Notes: generated by a model not told the origin, from the sequence alone. A DNA stretch of 64,000 bases from Tricharina praecox (GCF_024521635.1 NW_026250419.1:248001-312000), one strand, 5' to 3'. Positions 1 through 13,456 are shown, counted from the stretch's first letter. Made by a program: numbers and translations.

Positions 1-1353
1 CACAGTGTGATTCACCCCCATATGTACGCCCTGTCTACTACCGAAAACATAGGCCCTGCGGCATAGTAGCAGCGGGGCTTTCTCACCAACACAGCTCGAA
101 GCCCAGAGGACCTGGTGGCAGAAGGGAGATCGATATAATGTTTGCCCCCACACTGTCCTAGGCGGCCCCGGAACGGCGAAGTCGAAGGAATGGAAGGATA
201 GATAAGAAGATAAGAAGAAGAACCATATTCATCTTTGGGTATCTATTCAGGTATGCATATGCACCTGCGAGCCCACTCCACTCTATCAGTAGCTCATCTC
301 TTTCTGCAAGAACAGTTGGAATTCCCCCTACGCCGCATCGCCAAGATGAGCTTATGCCGGCGGACATCATGGTCCCGGCCGCAGTCTTGACGAGCCTCTT
401 CGTCGGCCTTCCCTTCCAGCACGGAATCCAAACAGAAAGCTTCTCCGGAACAAAAGGATGTGCAGTCTCCAGGCTCGCTATGTAGCTGCCTCGGCACTCG
501 ATGCCGTTAACTATTCGTGTGACAAAACGCCGTCGACCTGGCTCGTATGTGCATCATCACGGAACGGTGCGGGACTGATTCCGCTGGCCACCGAAGTTAC
601 TCTGGAAGACGCATGCGGCGGCTTGCTCGCCACGAGAACCCGAACTTTCGTGGGGACACGGTGCTCTCGCACCGAAGCGGCTGCTTGTTTCCAACCCCGG
701 TGTGCACTGTGCTGGCTTCGTTTCGCAGGTGGCTCTGAAGGAAACAGTACATTAGGTAAGTACTGACATAGTAGGCTACGAGTGCGATGAAGATTTTACG
801 GTTGTGGGGAACACGCGTGCCAGGTGCAGATCTCGAAGCGCGATCTGGGTGTCATCTGCAGGGTCCCTGTACCTACTCTGATAGGGCCATGCGCCACCCT
901 CTGACGATAGGCAATGCCGTCGATGGCTCCTGACGCTCCAGAGTCCACCTGCGCTGGTGTTTACTCCTGACTCTCCCACCACCACCACCCATCCGCTCAC
1001 CCACCCACCCACCGACCGTCTTCGCCCACCACCAGTCCGTTCGTTCGTACGGTTTCGGATGACAATACCATCCCGCATTCTACTCTAGCCTTACTGCTTA
1101 GCAGCTAGCCGCAAATCGCCCCGGGTGAAGCCAGGGAGCTCTCGAGTCTCGATACGCCCGAGCACACACACGCACACACACCGCTGTTATATAGATCATG
1201 CCTCCCCGCTCCCCGGCCACCTCCATCCGCCTCTCCTCCCCACCCTCCCCATCATACCACCACGGAGACACGTCGGACAGTTCGCCTCCCCGTTCACCTA
1301 GCTCCACGGCCTTTCCTTCAACCCCAAACCCCAGTTTTAGCCTCTACGCCATC

Positions 1354-2913
1354 ATGGCTCGCGTCGTCCAGTCGGCGAAGAAGGCGCTGCTCCCGGCGGA
1401 GCCCTCCAGCTACCAGTCCATCCCGAACGTGGACTATGGCGAAGGGGAGTCCAGCTCCCTGCACGGGTCTAGATCGTCCGAGGGACCGCACAAAACCTCG
1501 GTGTTCGAATATGGAATCTTTGTGCTCTTGGGCGTTGCCATGTAGGTTGTCCTGCGAAGCTTGTCTCGCGCGCCGTTCCGGACCGAGGTAGCTAACGGCT
1601 AGTCATACCGTCAAGGCTGTGGAGTTGGAACATGTTTATGGCCTGCGCGACCTACTTCCAACGACGCTTCTCGGAGGTTAATATGCACTTCCGCGAGAAG
1701 CTCCAGGTCGGAGCACCACGCTGACTGGGTGCATCAAGAACGAGTTTATCCTCAACAATTTCCAATCCATGATTCTCGGTGTCAGCACCTTTACGAATCT
1801 CGGCGTCATGATCTACTTGTCCAACAGACAGAGCACAGCGAATTACCCTTTCCGTATATGCACTTCGCTCGTGCTGAACTGTGTCACGTTCACGATACTC
1901 GCCTTGTCGACCATCATGTTTACGGTCGGTGCGACGTCGTACTTGGCGTTGGTCTTGCTCTGTGTCTGCGTTGCGGCCGCCAGTTGTGGCTTCAGCCAGA
2001 ATGGCGTGTTTGCGTTCGTGAACAGATTCGGCGGAGTCTACACGCAAGCCATCATGACGTCGGTTCCTCCCTCTCTTTGTGTGTGGAGTTCGGTATGCTG
2101 ATGGGCCTGTTTAGCGGTCAAGGTATTGCTGGAGTGCTGCCTGCGATAGCCCAGATCGTTTCGGTTCTTGCGATTCCGCAATCTGCGCAGGAGACGGGAA
2201 CCTCTTCTTCACCAAAGTCGGCATTCGCGTATTTCATGACCGCAACCGTCGTTTCCGGATTCTGCCTTCTCTTATTCTTGGTACTCCTTCGCCGTCACAG
2301 CATCAGCCTCAACTGCAAATCACAGGCAACGACTCTTTCCTCCAGTGATTCGGAGGAGGACGACGAGGGGGGGATTGTGGTCCGGAGGTCTGTGCCACTT
2401 ATAGATTTGTGGCGGAAACTGAAGATTCCGGCCATCGCCATCTTCTTCACCTTTTGCTGCACAATGGTCTTCCCGGTCTTCACCCAAGCCATCATCTCGG
2501 TACACCCCGATGGCTCCGGTCGAGCATTCCAGCCGGATGTCTTCATCCCAACCGCCTTTTTGCTTTGGAACGTTGGTGATCTGTCCGGCCGCATAGTTTG
2601 TGGGTGGGAGAGGGCTATCATTCGGAAGTCCAGCTGGTTGGCCATCCTGCCAGTGGCAAGACTAGTCTTCATACCGTTGTACTTTATGTGCAACGTCAAC
2701 GGTCGGGGAGCTTTCATCAAGAGCGACTTGTTTTACATGTTTGTGCAGCTGGGCTTCGGCTTCACTAGCGGTTGGATCGGAAGTAGTTGCATGATCGTGG
2801 CGCCGGACTACGTTGATGAGGATGAGAAGGAGGCCTGCGGTGGCTTCATGGGGTTGTGCTTGGTGCTTGGCCTGGCAACGGGTAGTATGTTGAGTTTCTT
2901 GATACTCAATTGA
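1354..2913 (+). CDS. Equilibrative nucleoside transporter (ENT/SLC29, FUN26-like), ~455 aa
   Basis: Exons 1354-1541, 1616-1676, 1739-2058, 2115-2913 join in frame (1368 nt). ENT-type motifs F-x-LLGVAMLWSWNMF, YTQAIMTGQGIAG, TMVFPVFT, WNVGDLSGR, GFTSGW; many hydrophobic TM segments. Confidence 0.92.
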
Positions 2914-3394
2914 TTAGATATCGAGGTTTTTGGGGGTACTGTCGGCTTTGGGGATTGGGTGCTTTGGACTTTGGACTTTGGATTGCTTTGCTTGGAACTG
3001 CGTTTTTGGGCTCGTTTTTGTTACAGGGTGTGTCGAACTGGCGTTATGGACTGCGACGTTGCTTGTTTCTTTTTCTGTTTATCCTTTGTTGTACATTCGG
3101 AGGCGTGTGAGAGATATCCTAGATATATTTTTGGAGTGTTCTAGTATGCATGTATTCGTACGAGAGGGGTCTCGATTGTGGAGGGGTCTGTTATGTACAC
3201 ATGTAATTGCTTGCTCTCTTGAGTACTGTAAGGATATCCCATTCACAATGGAGTCATTTAGGCCTTGTATGTGCTCGGCTCTCACGCATCTTTCGGATAT
3301 GCGCCAGGAAATCAGAGAGATAATGACTGTACGGTTTTTCCAGCAGCAGCATGACCTCGCACTCCAGGCGCGTCGCCAAACCGTCGCTCCCATC

Positions 3395-4084
3395 TCATCG
3401 GAACCTTAACAGCTCACAATACAGCCTCCCGGTATCGAGCACGGTCCACTCCTTCGTCTTCTCCGTCCCCAGCACCCACCTGCCAGGAAACGGCAGCTGT
3501 AGTCCCTCAATAAAGTCCTTCAGCACGGCCTCGCCGGCATTCATGGTATCAACAGGCAGATACTCGACCTCGACGACCACGCCGCGCACCTGATCACCCA
3601 TGACACGGCCGACGCGCACGCGGAAGTCGTCGACCTCGTAGCAGTGGCCCTCCGCCCGCAGCGTCTGCCGCAGCGTCCACAGCGTGCTCAGCTTCGTCTT
3701 GAGGATCTGCGCGAAGTCTCGGTCGATCGTCACGATTGCGCTCCCGCACAAAGCGAACGGGATCGGCGAGAGGTGCGGGATCTCGAGGTACTGCAGGAAC
3801 GCCGGTGGGGAGGGGCCGCCCCCGCTGGAGCCGTCGGGGCCGCCGCTAGAGCCGCTGGAGCCGCTGGATGGCGCGGTGGAACGTAGGAGCCGGTGGTCGA
3901 GGCGGTACCCTCCTGCGGCTATCGGCTGGTGCCGCTTCTGGAGCCGGTCCAAGAGCGTGATGTTTATGGGCGGCGAGTTGCTGGTCGATGTTTGCTCCGC
4001 GATGAAGTAGAGACTGGGACAACGGGTTAGGAGGGGTTCTATGAGGGGAGTGCTAGGTGGGGGGACATACCCGGTTACCGGCAT
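3395..4084 (-). CDS. MED20: Mediator subunit Med20 (Srb2), ~210 aa
   Basis: Exons 4084-4071 and 4013-3395 (57-nt GTATGT..CAG intron) give N-terminus MPVTGLYFI. C-terminal KLSTLWTLRQTLRAEGHCYEVDDFRVRVG...RGVVVEVEY is typical of fungal Med20. Confidence 0.82.
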   Translation of the reverse strand: MPVTGYVPPPSTPLIEPLLTRCPSLYFIAEQTSTSNSPPINITLLDRLQKRHQPIAAGGYRLDHRLLRSTAPSSGSSGSSGGPDGSSGGGPSPPAFLQYLEIPHLSPIPFALCGSAIVTIDRDFAQILKTKLSTLWTLRQTLRAEGHCYEVDDFRVRVGRVMGDQVRGVVVEVEYLPVDTMNAGEAVLKDFIEGLQLPFPGRWVLGTEKTKEWTVLDTGRLYCELLRFR

Positions 4085-5731
4085 TGTGGTGGATGTGGTG
4101 GAGAATGGAGAGAGGTTGCTCGCGAATCGTGGGGTTGACGTGCATGTGCATGTGTGGATCGCGTGTACACAATGGTCGCGCTCATGTAACGCGATTGTCT
4201 TCACAGGCCAGCACTCGGTCGCGAGGATGCCGACTGTCGAGCTACATCCACGATCCCCTGTCTAAAGTAATCATCATGTGTATATCGTGGCTAAATCGGG
4301 ATATGGATTTCGGGCCACCGTTACTTGCAGCCAGTAATTGCAAATCCCCACCACTCCGGCTTCCAACCGTTGAATGTCGATATACGGTGTGGTACTATAT
4401 GGTCTCACCGGAGTTTCAGGGGGAATTGGTGCCCGCGACTCTGGTTCCAAGAGATCTCGTAATCGTACATGCTCGAATCGTGTAGGTACCCGCACATCAC
4501 AGATATGTGAAGGGCCCGGGGATATTCATCTCTCCGGCCGTCGGTCGATTACTGTAAGACACTCATCCCGATTCCCGCCTGCGTTGGAGAAGGGACTGAT
4601 TGCTTACCTACCATGTTTTTCCCCGCAAAATATTTGGCATCATGGACATTGGTAGCTCCGCCGCCGAGCTCGGATGAGAATGGAAGCTTAGATATAAAAT
4701 CATATGGTCTCTAAGTGTATGTACGGACATAACATCTGCATGTATGTACTTATGTACGAGGCCGGCTGTCAGCATGTGTACAAGCTGTCGGCGTTAGCGG
4801 TAGTCATGGCGATTCCAGACCGGTAGCTGACATCAATAATCTCCTTGGGAGTAAGCACTCTGCTGGCACGGATGGGATGTCTAAAATCGCCGAGACTTGG
4901 GGATTATCTGCTGCTGCCACATGTACCCACATAGCACAGGCACATCATGAATCGCCTGCCTGTCGCCTGTATTCGACGCAAGCCTTGGTCTTCGGTACCG
5001 CTTATGGACCTTGAGCTTGGGGGTTAAGGTCGTGACTCGTCCTGAACCGCCCCCCATATTCGCCGATCAAGTCTGGAGCTTCGAACCTGTGGGCACCGGC
5101 TGCAACTGGGTGTACGGACCAGCACGCTGTAGCACAACTGCAGGTTAGGGTAGAAGGCGAATCGGAAACCGAAGGACCATAGTCCCTGGGGAACGTTGGT
5201 TAATTGGAACTGTACCTATTTGTAGATTGTAAACAGCAAACCAAGAACCTTGTGGATGAAGTGATTGTGAGCGTTTGTCACCCTGTAATCCGATGACATC
5301 GAGTCCGGCCCGCGCGGGATCGAAAGGAGAGGGAGAAGGAGGCCTCAGGGGGCGAGAAAGAGAGAGAGAAAGAGAGACTGGCCATGGATACAATAGGACC
5401 AAACTTCCCACATGGCTAACTCCGTAGGCCCTGTCCGCCATAATCCCTCTTACGCCACAGAGACGGTTTATTCCGCCGGGCCTGATTCGCTACAAATCCC
5501 CGCCTCTCGGCAGCCCTATTATCCTCTCGATCCTTCTTGAGCCCGAGAAGCCAGTGAAGATCAGAAAGCCGTGCAATGGTAATCGGTCCAGTATGATTCT
5601 ATATACCCGTGTTGTGCATGGCATGGGCTTTAGCTCCTTCGGCAATAGCGGATGATAACGGATTTTAGGGCACGTTCTTCACCAGCCGTCTTCCGCCATT
5701 TCAGTCTCAACCCCAAACGCGTCTCCTAGAA

Positions 5732-8673
5732 ATGTCGACCTCGCGCGGCGAAGAACCAGACAGCAATAGCAACAGCAGCAGCATCGAAGCTGTCACGCTT
5801 CCTGCCACTCCCACCCTCACTCCCGCCTCCCCTCCTCCTCCGCCGCCCCCTCCACCGCCACCACCGCCGCCGCCGCCACCACCACCCTCAGCTGCACCGG
5901 CACCTTCAGCACCTCCCGCGGCAGCACCACCACCACCGGCGGCACCACTGTCCTCGGGCGGCTCGTTGGAGCGATCCTCAGCGTCGCCGACTTCACCGCA
6001 GCAGCGCATACGACACGTACAACATCCGCAGCCCCAAACGGCCACACAGAAGCGTCGGAGGTTTCCGGTCTCGTGCTATGAGTGTCGCCGGAGGAAACTC
6101 AAATGCGATCGCGAACAGCCGTGTCAGCGATGTCGCAGCAGCCGCAGAGACTGCATCTACGCGAATGAAAGTCCCGTGGCGACTAAAGTCGCGAAATTGA
6201 GCGAGCGCCATAGCACCCCCGGAAACCCGAGGTTCATTAATGGCGGTAGTAGCGGTAGCGGAACAGGAGAAGTAGGGGGGGTAGGAGTAGGAGTAGGAGT
6301 AGGAGGAACAGGAACAGGAACAGGAACAGGAGGAGGGTATGAGGATTCGCAAGCGATCAGGCACGCATATAGTCCCATCAATTGTGCGACAGCAGACATT
6401 GCACCGGCACCTCACGCGTTCGACCGGTACGAAAGGATTGCGCCACGGTTCGATGCTGTGGTAGCCGAAAGGACGACGGAGCCCCCGTTCGTGAAACCAG
6501 TGCATGTTCAAAGCCAACAATTGCCGCAGATACAGTATGTCGATCATGGCGTGGATCGCAGAATCTTGAGAACCAGTGCCAGTCATGCCAGTCCTATGGA
6601 GCAACACCAAGTACCGATATCTCGTCTTTTGAGCGCGCCTGGTGACTGTGGCCCACGCAGCACTACTTCGGATGACCGCAATGGTGGCATCTGTAATTCT
6701 GCGGACAGGTTCACCGCAGAAAGCAAGTTCAAGGACAAGCCGTTCGTTAGGGGCAAGAATGCGAAGATTCGATACTTTGGGAGGAGCCATATGTCCACCT
6801 TGATGACGCAATTCGATGGTTTGCGGTGCTTTATGCGAGAGGCTGCACCGCTGAATCCGACTCTTTCCCAGTTCCGCAAGGATTTTAATGTGTGGAAAGA
6901 ACATATTCGGGCCGAGGAAGAGCAAGAGGAGTTTCCATGCTTGCCAAACCTTCTGGAATGCATGCCGCCATCGTCGGAGGCGGACGAACTGGTCCGCGTA
7001 TACATGAAGATGTTCGAGTCGACGCACAGGATCTTGCACATACCAAGCTTTTGGCAGGAGTATAGGGAATTCTGGAGGGACACGGCAAAAGCTTCATCGG
7101 CGTTCGTCGCACAACTGTTGCTCATCATGGCCTGCGGGATGTTGCTGCATCACAATTCGGGAGAGGCCGCCGACCCGACCCTGCCTATGGCGAACGCGCA
7201 AACGACGCCCCGCCAGACAGCAGTACAATGGGTGCATGCGGTAGAGCGGTGGTTATGTCACCGGCAAAGACCTGACATCACGCTTATCCGCATCCACTGT
7301 TTGCTCATCATCGCGAAGCGGGTGAACGCGATCGAATTGCATGCTCTATGGATCTCGGTGGGTACGCTTGTCAGGTTGGCCATGACCATGGGACTGCACC
7401 GGGACCCCGATTCGCTGTGGAAGGTATCTGTCTTCCATGCCGAAATGCGGAGAAGGCTTTGGGCGACGATCCTGGAGTTGGATCTGCAGGCGGCGATGGA
7501 ACGCGGAATGCCAATCAGAGAAGGCAATTACCACGACTGCCGCCCCCCGTTGAATCTCAACGACTGGGACATCATGGAGTCGACTGAAGTACCCCCCGAC
7601 CCGCGGCCCAGTAACTGTACCGAGACATCATTCCAGATCGTGTTACTACGTTCTCTGCCTGTCAGGATGGAGATTGCAAGACTGGTTAATAGCCTCGATG
7701 CGAATCCACCCTACGAAGAAATTCTTAGATTGGACAAGGAAATCACACAGTACCTGCAAGACATCCCGCACAATCTCAAGATCGAAACGACTTCAAAGGT
7801 TCATATTGAAGCCGGGCTGTCGCTGCCAAAGCAGTTGCTTGATCTTTATTTGCGTCGCTTCCTTCTGTTGCTTCATTCACCCTTCGCAGCACAAGGGAAG
7901 GATCCGAGATATAGCTACTCTAGGCACGTGTGCCTAGAAAACGCTACAATGCTACTCTCGAATTCCAAGCAGTTTCAGGATACAACAGTTCTCAGAGCAC
8001 TATACTTCAAGGACGAGCACATGCAAGCCGCCCTGACTATCTGCCTAGACCTGTTCATCAACAAGCCTAACCCGGGTAAGGGTTCTCTCCACGTCCAACC
8101 ATGGTTGATCCGTTGACCAGTTTTTCCCCATAGGACTAGCATTGTCGAGGGACATGTTGCACATCTACCGAGACTCATCATTCGCGCTGGTGGAGGGTGC
8201 GCTTCAGCTGCTCGAGTCCCGCGTTCGAATCTTGGGAACAGTCATCAGGGAATACTTCTTCCTCTCGATGGTCCTGGCGTTCGTCAAGGCCAAAGAGTCG
8301 CCCGAGCTATCGGAGCGGTACATGAAGCAGGCTGCGGACCGCTGCATCAGAGTGTACCAGGGGTTCCCGAACCAGGAATTTGTGAATGTAAGTTTGCCTT
8401 GCTTTGCTGGTCATGCGGAGCGAGCATAGCTGATGTCGGGTGAACAGCCTTCTCCCTCCACCCTGGCGGCAGACGAAAGACCGCCGAGCGATCCTGCGCT
8501 GCTGGACTTCATAGCGGTATACCCAATAGACTTCTGCGCTTGGTTGTCGGGATAGTATACTTACTCTGCGTTGCGCTGTGTAGGAGTACGACGGTCTGGA
8601 CTTTTCAACCGACGATATGGACTTTGGATTGATGGCGTTATGGGATGCGGACTATCAGGCGTGGGCAACGTAA
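5732..8673 (+). CDS. Zn(II)2Cys6 (Gal4-type) fungal transcription factor with middle homology region, ~918 aa
   Basis: CYECRRRKLKCDREQPCQRCRSSRRDCIY cluster; RLAMTMGLHRDP...AEMRRRLWATILELD fungal TF domain. Exons 5732-8075, 8134-8387, 8448-8516, 8584-8673 are in frame. Poly-Pro N-terminus and acidic/aromatic C-terminal tail. Confidence 0.93.
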
Positions 8674-10004
8674 TATTTACAGCGGGCCAACTAATACCTT
8701 TGATGGGGAGTTAATTGGGTGTGTTTTTGGGGATCATTTCCCGGTGGATACCCGTGTGTTTTGGGGGGGGATCACGGTAGATACCCAGCTTATTAGAGAG
8801 AGAGAGAGAGATGTTCAGTTTATTTGGCATGCAGCCTATCTATCTAGACTACCTATGGCGAACCGTCGCACTCCTTTCCCTAGCTTGTTAGACGGTACTT
8901 ACACGATCACGGAGAGGTTTTGTTGTGAGTGGTGTTACGTGACTGGAAATGTACTGGAGACTAGTAGGGACGGAGATGTAGAGGAACTCCCGGTCCCAGG
9001 TATTAAACCGTGATGTTCATTGTGGCAGCGTTGATGGCCTTTAGCTTCCGTTGATTCAGAGCCCACCTTCCGTGGAATCGTGGAGTTACATCCTCACGAG
9101 TCCGCGATGACAACCAGTCATCCCTCCCATAACTAAGGCTTCACTCGCAGTTCTCGGCGGCATGCTTCGTCTCCCCAACGCCCACTTTCCGTAACGACGG
9201 CTCAGATGTAGGATTGTGTACATAGCACTCGTACATGACCTCTTCTTCTTCTTCTTCTTCTTCTTCTTCGAGGGTGAACTCCCCAGACAAAGGCAGTGTG
9301 CGAGGCCCATCCGATGACTTGGGACCTCCCTACCTATGTACCGCGATAACTTGGGCAAAACATGGCGCGGGGGTAGGCTTCACCTACCTCGCAGAGTGAT
9401 GGCGCATGAGTCCCCCCCCCATACAACTTTACACTACTCTAGTGATAACGTGCGTTGTAAGAGGCGGGGGACTTTGGGGCTGGAAGGTGGTGGGCTGCTA
9501 CTCTATAGGGGGATGGGTGCTTTTGTTTGGTCATCGATTGCTTGCGACGATGGTTGCCCAGCTGGTGAGGAGGGTGGGGTGCGAGTGAGGGTATAGAACA
9601 TGGCAGGCTCTGTCGTGAGGTTGTGCTGGTACTTAAGACTGGAGAGCGAGACAGAAAGGAGCTTTCTATCCGCCGGTGGGCGGGTTTAAGTACTGAAGGA
9701 CTGCCTGCTATGTAGCTCAACACCGCACCCTCCCGACCAATCGACCATGGCCCATGGGATGGATTTTTTAAGGAAGACATTCTTCCACCGGGCCATCCAT
9801 CGTATTCTATTCTATATAGTCTACCGTCCCACGTAACCCGGCCAATTCCAGACATCAAGATTCCAGACGCGCCAAAAAAAAGCAGCACCTCCGTAGCCAC
9901 GGTATATAGTAAAAATACACTGCCACCTGTCGTCTCCCGTCGTCGTCCCCCTCCCCCGTCCACCTCCCCGTCCCTCCCCCCCTCCTCCTCCTCCGCCGCG
10001 GCGT

Positions 10005-10446
10005 CTATCGGTTCTTCGTCTGCTTATACGTAAAGTTCTTCCTCGTCCTGTATTTACCACATTTACCACATTAGCCTCTTCCCCCACCCCCCCCCCCCAT
10101 CCCCCTCCCTTTCGTGTAGGAACAAACTCACGCAGCAAATTCCCCCAATTTATGCCCGACCATATCCTCGCTGACGTCGACATCCTCGTAGGACTTTCCG
10201 TTGTGCACCTGGAAGCGCAGCCCGACAAAGCTGGGCACGATTGTGCAGCTGCGCGCCATCGTCTTGATCGGGGCAACTTTCGCACCTGGCTTGCTCGCTT
10301 TTTGGAGGGGCATGGGCACAAGGAACGGGCCTGGAATTGAGGTTAGTTGGGGGTGCTGGGGGAGGGGGGGAGGGGTAAAGGGGGGGGGGAATGGGGAAAG
10401 GACCTTTCCAGATTGATCGCTTGAGCAGTGCGCGCGTGGGGAACAT
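10005..10446 (-). CDS. RSM19: Mitochondrial ribosomal protein uS19m, ~94 aa
   Basis: Exons 10446-10404, 10330-10132, 10047-10005 give [17 protein letters not shown]...[21 protein letters not shown]...[20 protein letters not shown], which carries the S19 signature. Confidence 0.93.
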
Positions 10447-10981
10447 TGTGGTTGTTGGGCGGGGGACGTGTGGTACGGCGGCGGCGGTGGTGGGGTGGAT
10501 GGATTGAGGACGGGAACGGGAACTAAAGTTCGCTGGGTGTGGGCCAAGACGTCACGTGCTTCCATGGAGGTTCTAAACGTCGTGATTTCGAGATCCCGCC
10601 GCCGCCGATGTACCTCACTCGGCAAGTAGAATCCCGAACAGTGAACTGGACCGAACTGGACCGGAGATGGATGAACACCTTCTCTCCATCTCCCGAGTCC
10701 CACCTGAGCCCGAGCGACCGATCATCACGACGGGTTCCGGTGCAGATAGGTATCCAAAACCAAGTCATTCGTGACGCATTATTTCAACCAAGTACGTACA
10801 AACACAAACGCAAACAGACAGACACCCCACCTGTGCCGCCGCAGCAGCAGCAGCAGCGACACATTGCCGTAGTAGAAAAAGAGACATTACGTTACAAAAA
10901 GAACCCCGACCCAAAGCCCAATAACCGCAGGCAAGAAAGACAAGACAAACCCAAACACCCTTCGCCGCTTCTCCCTGTGGT

Positions 10982-11832
10982 CTACCTATAAAATTCCGGC
11001 CGTCTAGTATTAACGCCATACTCGCCGACTGCGCTTCCAAGATCCTCCATAGTGAGTACCGTCCTCCCTGCGGTGCCACCACTGCCACCACCACCTCCAA
11101 AGCCCGGCCTCGCCGTGGGCCTCAGCGGGCCTCCGGCCGCGCTTGCTGCCGCCGCGCCCGCAGCCCCCGCCGCGGAGGCCCCCGGCGCGTTGTTGACGTT
11201 CGAAGAGTTCTGCCGGATCCGCGAGTACTGGTAGGCGTCTGCCGCGATGTCGGCTATGAACTTTTGCGTGGCCAGCGCGAGAAGGCGCTTCAGGCGCACG
11301 TCCGAGGTCTGGAGACCGGCGAGCGAGAGGTAGTAGTCGGTTACTGCGTCGGGGATCTGGAGTACGTGTGAGCGGGGACAGAGGACGGGGGAGGGAAGGG
11401 AAAGCGTACAATAGGCGCGTACTCCTCCATCATATCCAGGAACTCGCGCAGGCTGCGGTCTTTACGCGTCGCCGGGGGCAGGAGCGCGATCGTCGCTGTG
11501 CTCGCGTTTCCGGTCGGCTCCTCTGCTGCTGCTACGGCGGCGGTGGTGGCGGGGGCGACGGCGACGGCGGAGGGGATGGCCGCGGCGGCGACGGCGGGAG
11601 CCGCGTCCACGTGCTGCTGCATCCCGTTCATTTCGATGTCTCCGTTGGAGGTGTCCTCGGGCTCCGTCTTGATTGCGACCGGGGGCGATGGGGACGGTGC
11701 TGGTACTGGTGCGGGTGCTTGTGCAGGTGCTTGTACGGGCGCGGGCGCGGGTGGTGGTGCGGGTGCTTGTGCGGGCGCGGGTGCTGAGGCTGGTGCTGCT
11801 GCCGGTGCCTGCGTTGGGGCTGGAGATGCCAT
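10982..11832 (-). CDS. TAF10: TFIID/SAGA subunit Taf10, ~265 aa
   Basis: Exons 11832-11410 and 11356-10982. Histone-fold [24 protein letters not shown]...[30 protein letters not shown]...[25 protein letters not shown]; Ala/Pro-rich N-terminus. Confidence 0.95.
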
Positions 11833-12763
11833 TTTTGTTTTTTTTGTGAGGTTTGTTTTTGCCTGTTTGGGATTATGTGTGGTGTGGGTGTGGTGGGTGT
11901 AAAGGACGCAAACGGAAATATTGCGGCGGTTGTGCGGAGGTGGGTGGGAGAGTTGCGCGTGGTTGGTTGTGAGGTGTGGGTGTGGGTGGTGAGAGGAGTG
12001 CAGATTGGGTTGTGAGTAGTGATTAGGTGTGGTGCGTGAATGCCTACCTCTTAGCTAAGGTAGATGGTAGGTAACGTGAAGTACCGGTAGCATTGCGAGC
12101 TCGCTAGGATGGAATGTTGGAGGAGAACTCGATAACTTATTCAAGACGGGTAGCGATTTGGAGGGAACCTACCCGGGTTTAGTTGACGGTCGGCGGAGTG
12201 ATCGGATCGCTGAAAGCAAGGCATCGGCGGTTAAGCTCCTCGACGTCGAGTCATGGATTATCACGGCAGCCGAGAAGGTGATATCGTGTGATTGTCCACA
12301 GTTCACGAGCCCGAGTACGACAAGGCTTTCGTACCGAAGCTATCACTTTGGTTCCCACCCTCTCATGTGGGTACTTCGCTTTGAGGCTGCCATTATATGC
12401 AGGCTTTACGTAGACACGGTCCATCTTCACGCCGACACCATCGGTCACTTGCTTAATCTTCGTCCCATCCGCCAGCACCTCCCCGCCGCGCGGCTATGTA
12501 TCCGATGCACTCAATTATCCACTTATTCCCACTTCACCTAAAGTCGACATCACTCGGTATCAATACAGATGCCACCCCCATCCCCTCCGCTCGCCTCGCC
12601 TCCCCTAAGCCCTTCGCGCCCCAATAAGAAAAGGAAAAAAAGAGCAACATATGCCATCAACGTTACGCATAAGCATTAACTCCGCCCCACACACACACAC
12701 AAACACATCCGCGCCCACCAAAACGTAACTTCTGCCGCAACTACTGGCCACTACCTAGCGAGC

Positions 12764-13456
12764 TTAAACCTGCTCACCGTCCCACTGCGAATCGCGCATG
12801 CTCTGTGGCGGCTCGATGGAGGGCACGAATTCCAATGCCGCTGTTGTGCACATGTTAGCCAACTGGTTGGGCCGGGGAGGGAGCCGGGACTCGGGACTCG
12901 GGACCCCGAGGGGGGGAGGGGACATACCGTAGGCAACACCGACGAGCCCAATGATCGAGCCGGCAATCACACGCAACCATCCATCGTGGATCAGGATCGA
13001 GCCGATGAAAATGTAGACTACCGGTTGTTAGCGATGGAGGGGTGGGGGTGGAAGTGGGGGTGGGGACGCCATACAAATTCCGCGGCCGAGGAACGAAAAC
13101 ATAAATGAAGCGTAGCGGGAGACTTGTGTTGGCGGGACCTGGATCTCGAGGAGGGCGGTTCCTGAGGCACACAGACACAGCACATGTTAGCCCGGGACGG
13201 GAGAGGGAGAGGGCGGAGCGGGGGATAGTTACCAACGCCGAAGAGCATAACGTAGCAGCCGACTATGACGCTCTGTAAAGAGATGGGGAAGAACTGGCTG
13301 ATACCGCCTACACCGCACACACACACGTCCATCGTCAGCACGGAACGAAACTCAACCCGGAGGATCAGTCGCATCCGTCGCCGGAAACATACCGAGAACC
13401 ATAATCACGCCCACGCCCATGTTGACGATGCGGAAGATGTTAGAGAGGTTATCCAT
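12764..13456 (-). CDS. TVP15: Golgi membrane protein Tvp15 (COPI-associated family), ~130 aa
   Basis: Five exons (13456-13393, 13307-13233, 13161-13075, 13017-12928, 12840-12764) join in frame. Motifs SRYASFMFSFLGRGIFYIFIG and LEFVPSIEPPQSMR. Confidence 0.88.

Noticed and set aside
4014..4070. Window-wide excess of stop-free 3n introns (MED20, CZIB, LOA1)
   Set aside because: A handful among ~30 short GC-rich introns is roughly what chance would give.
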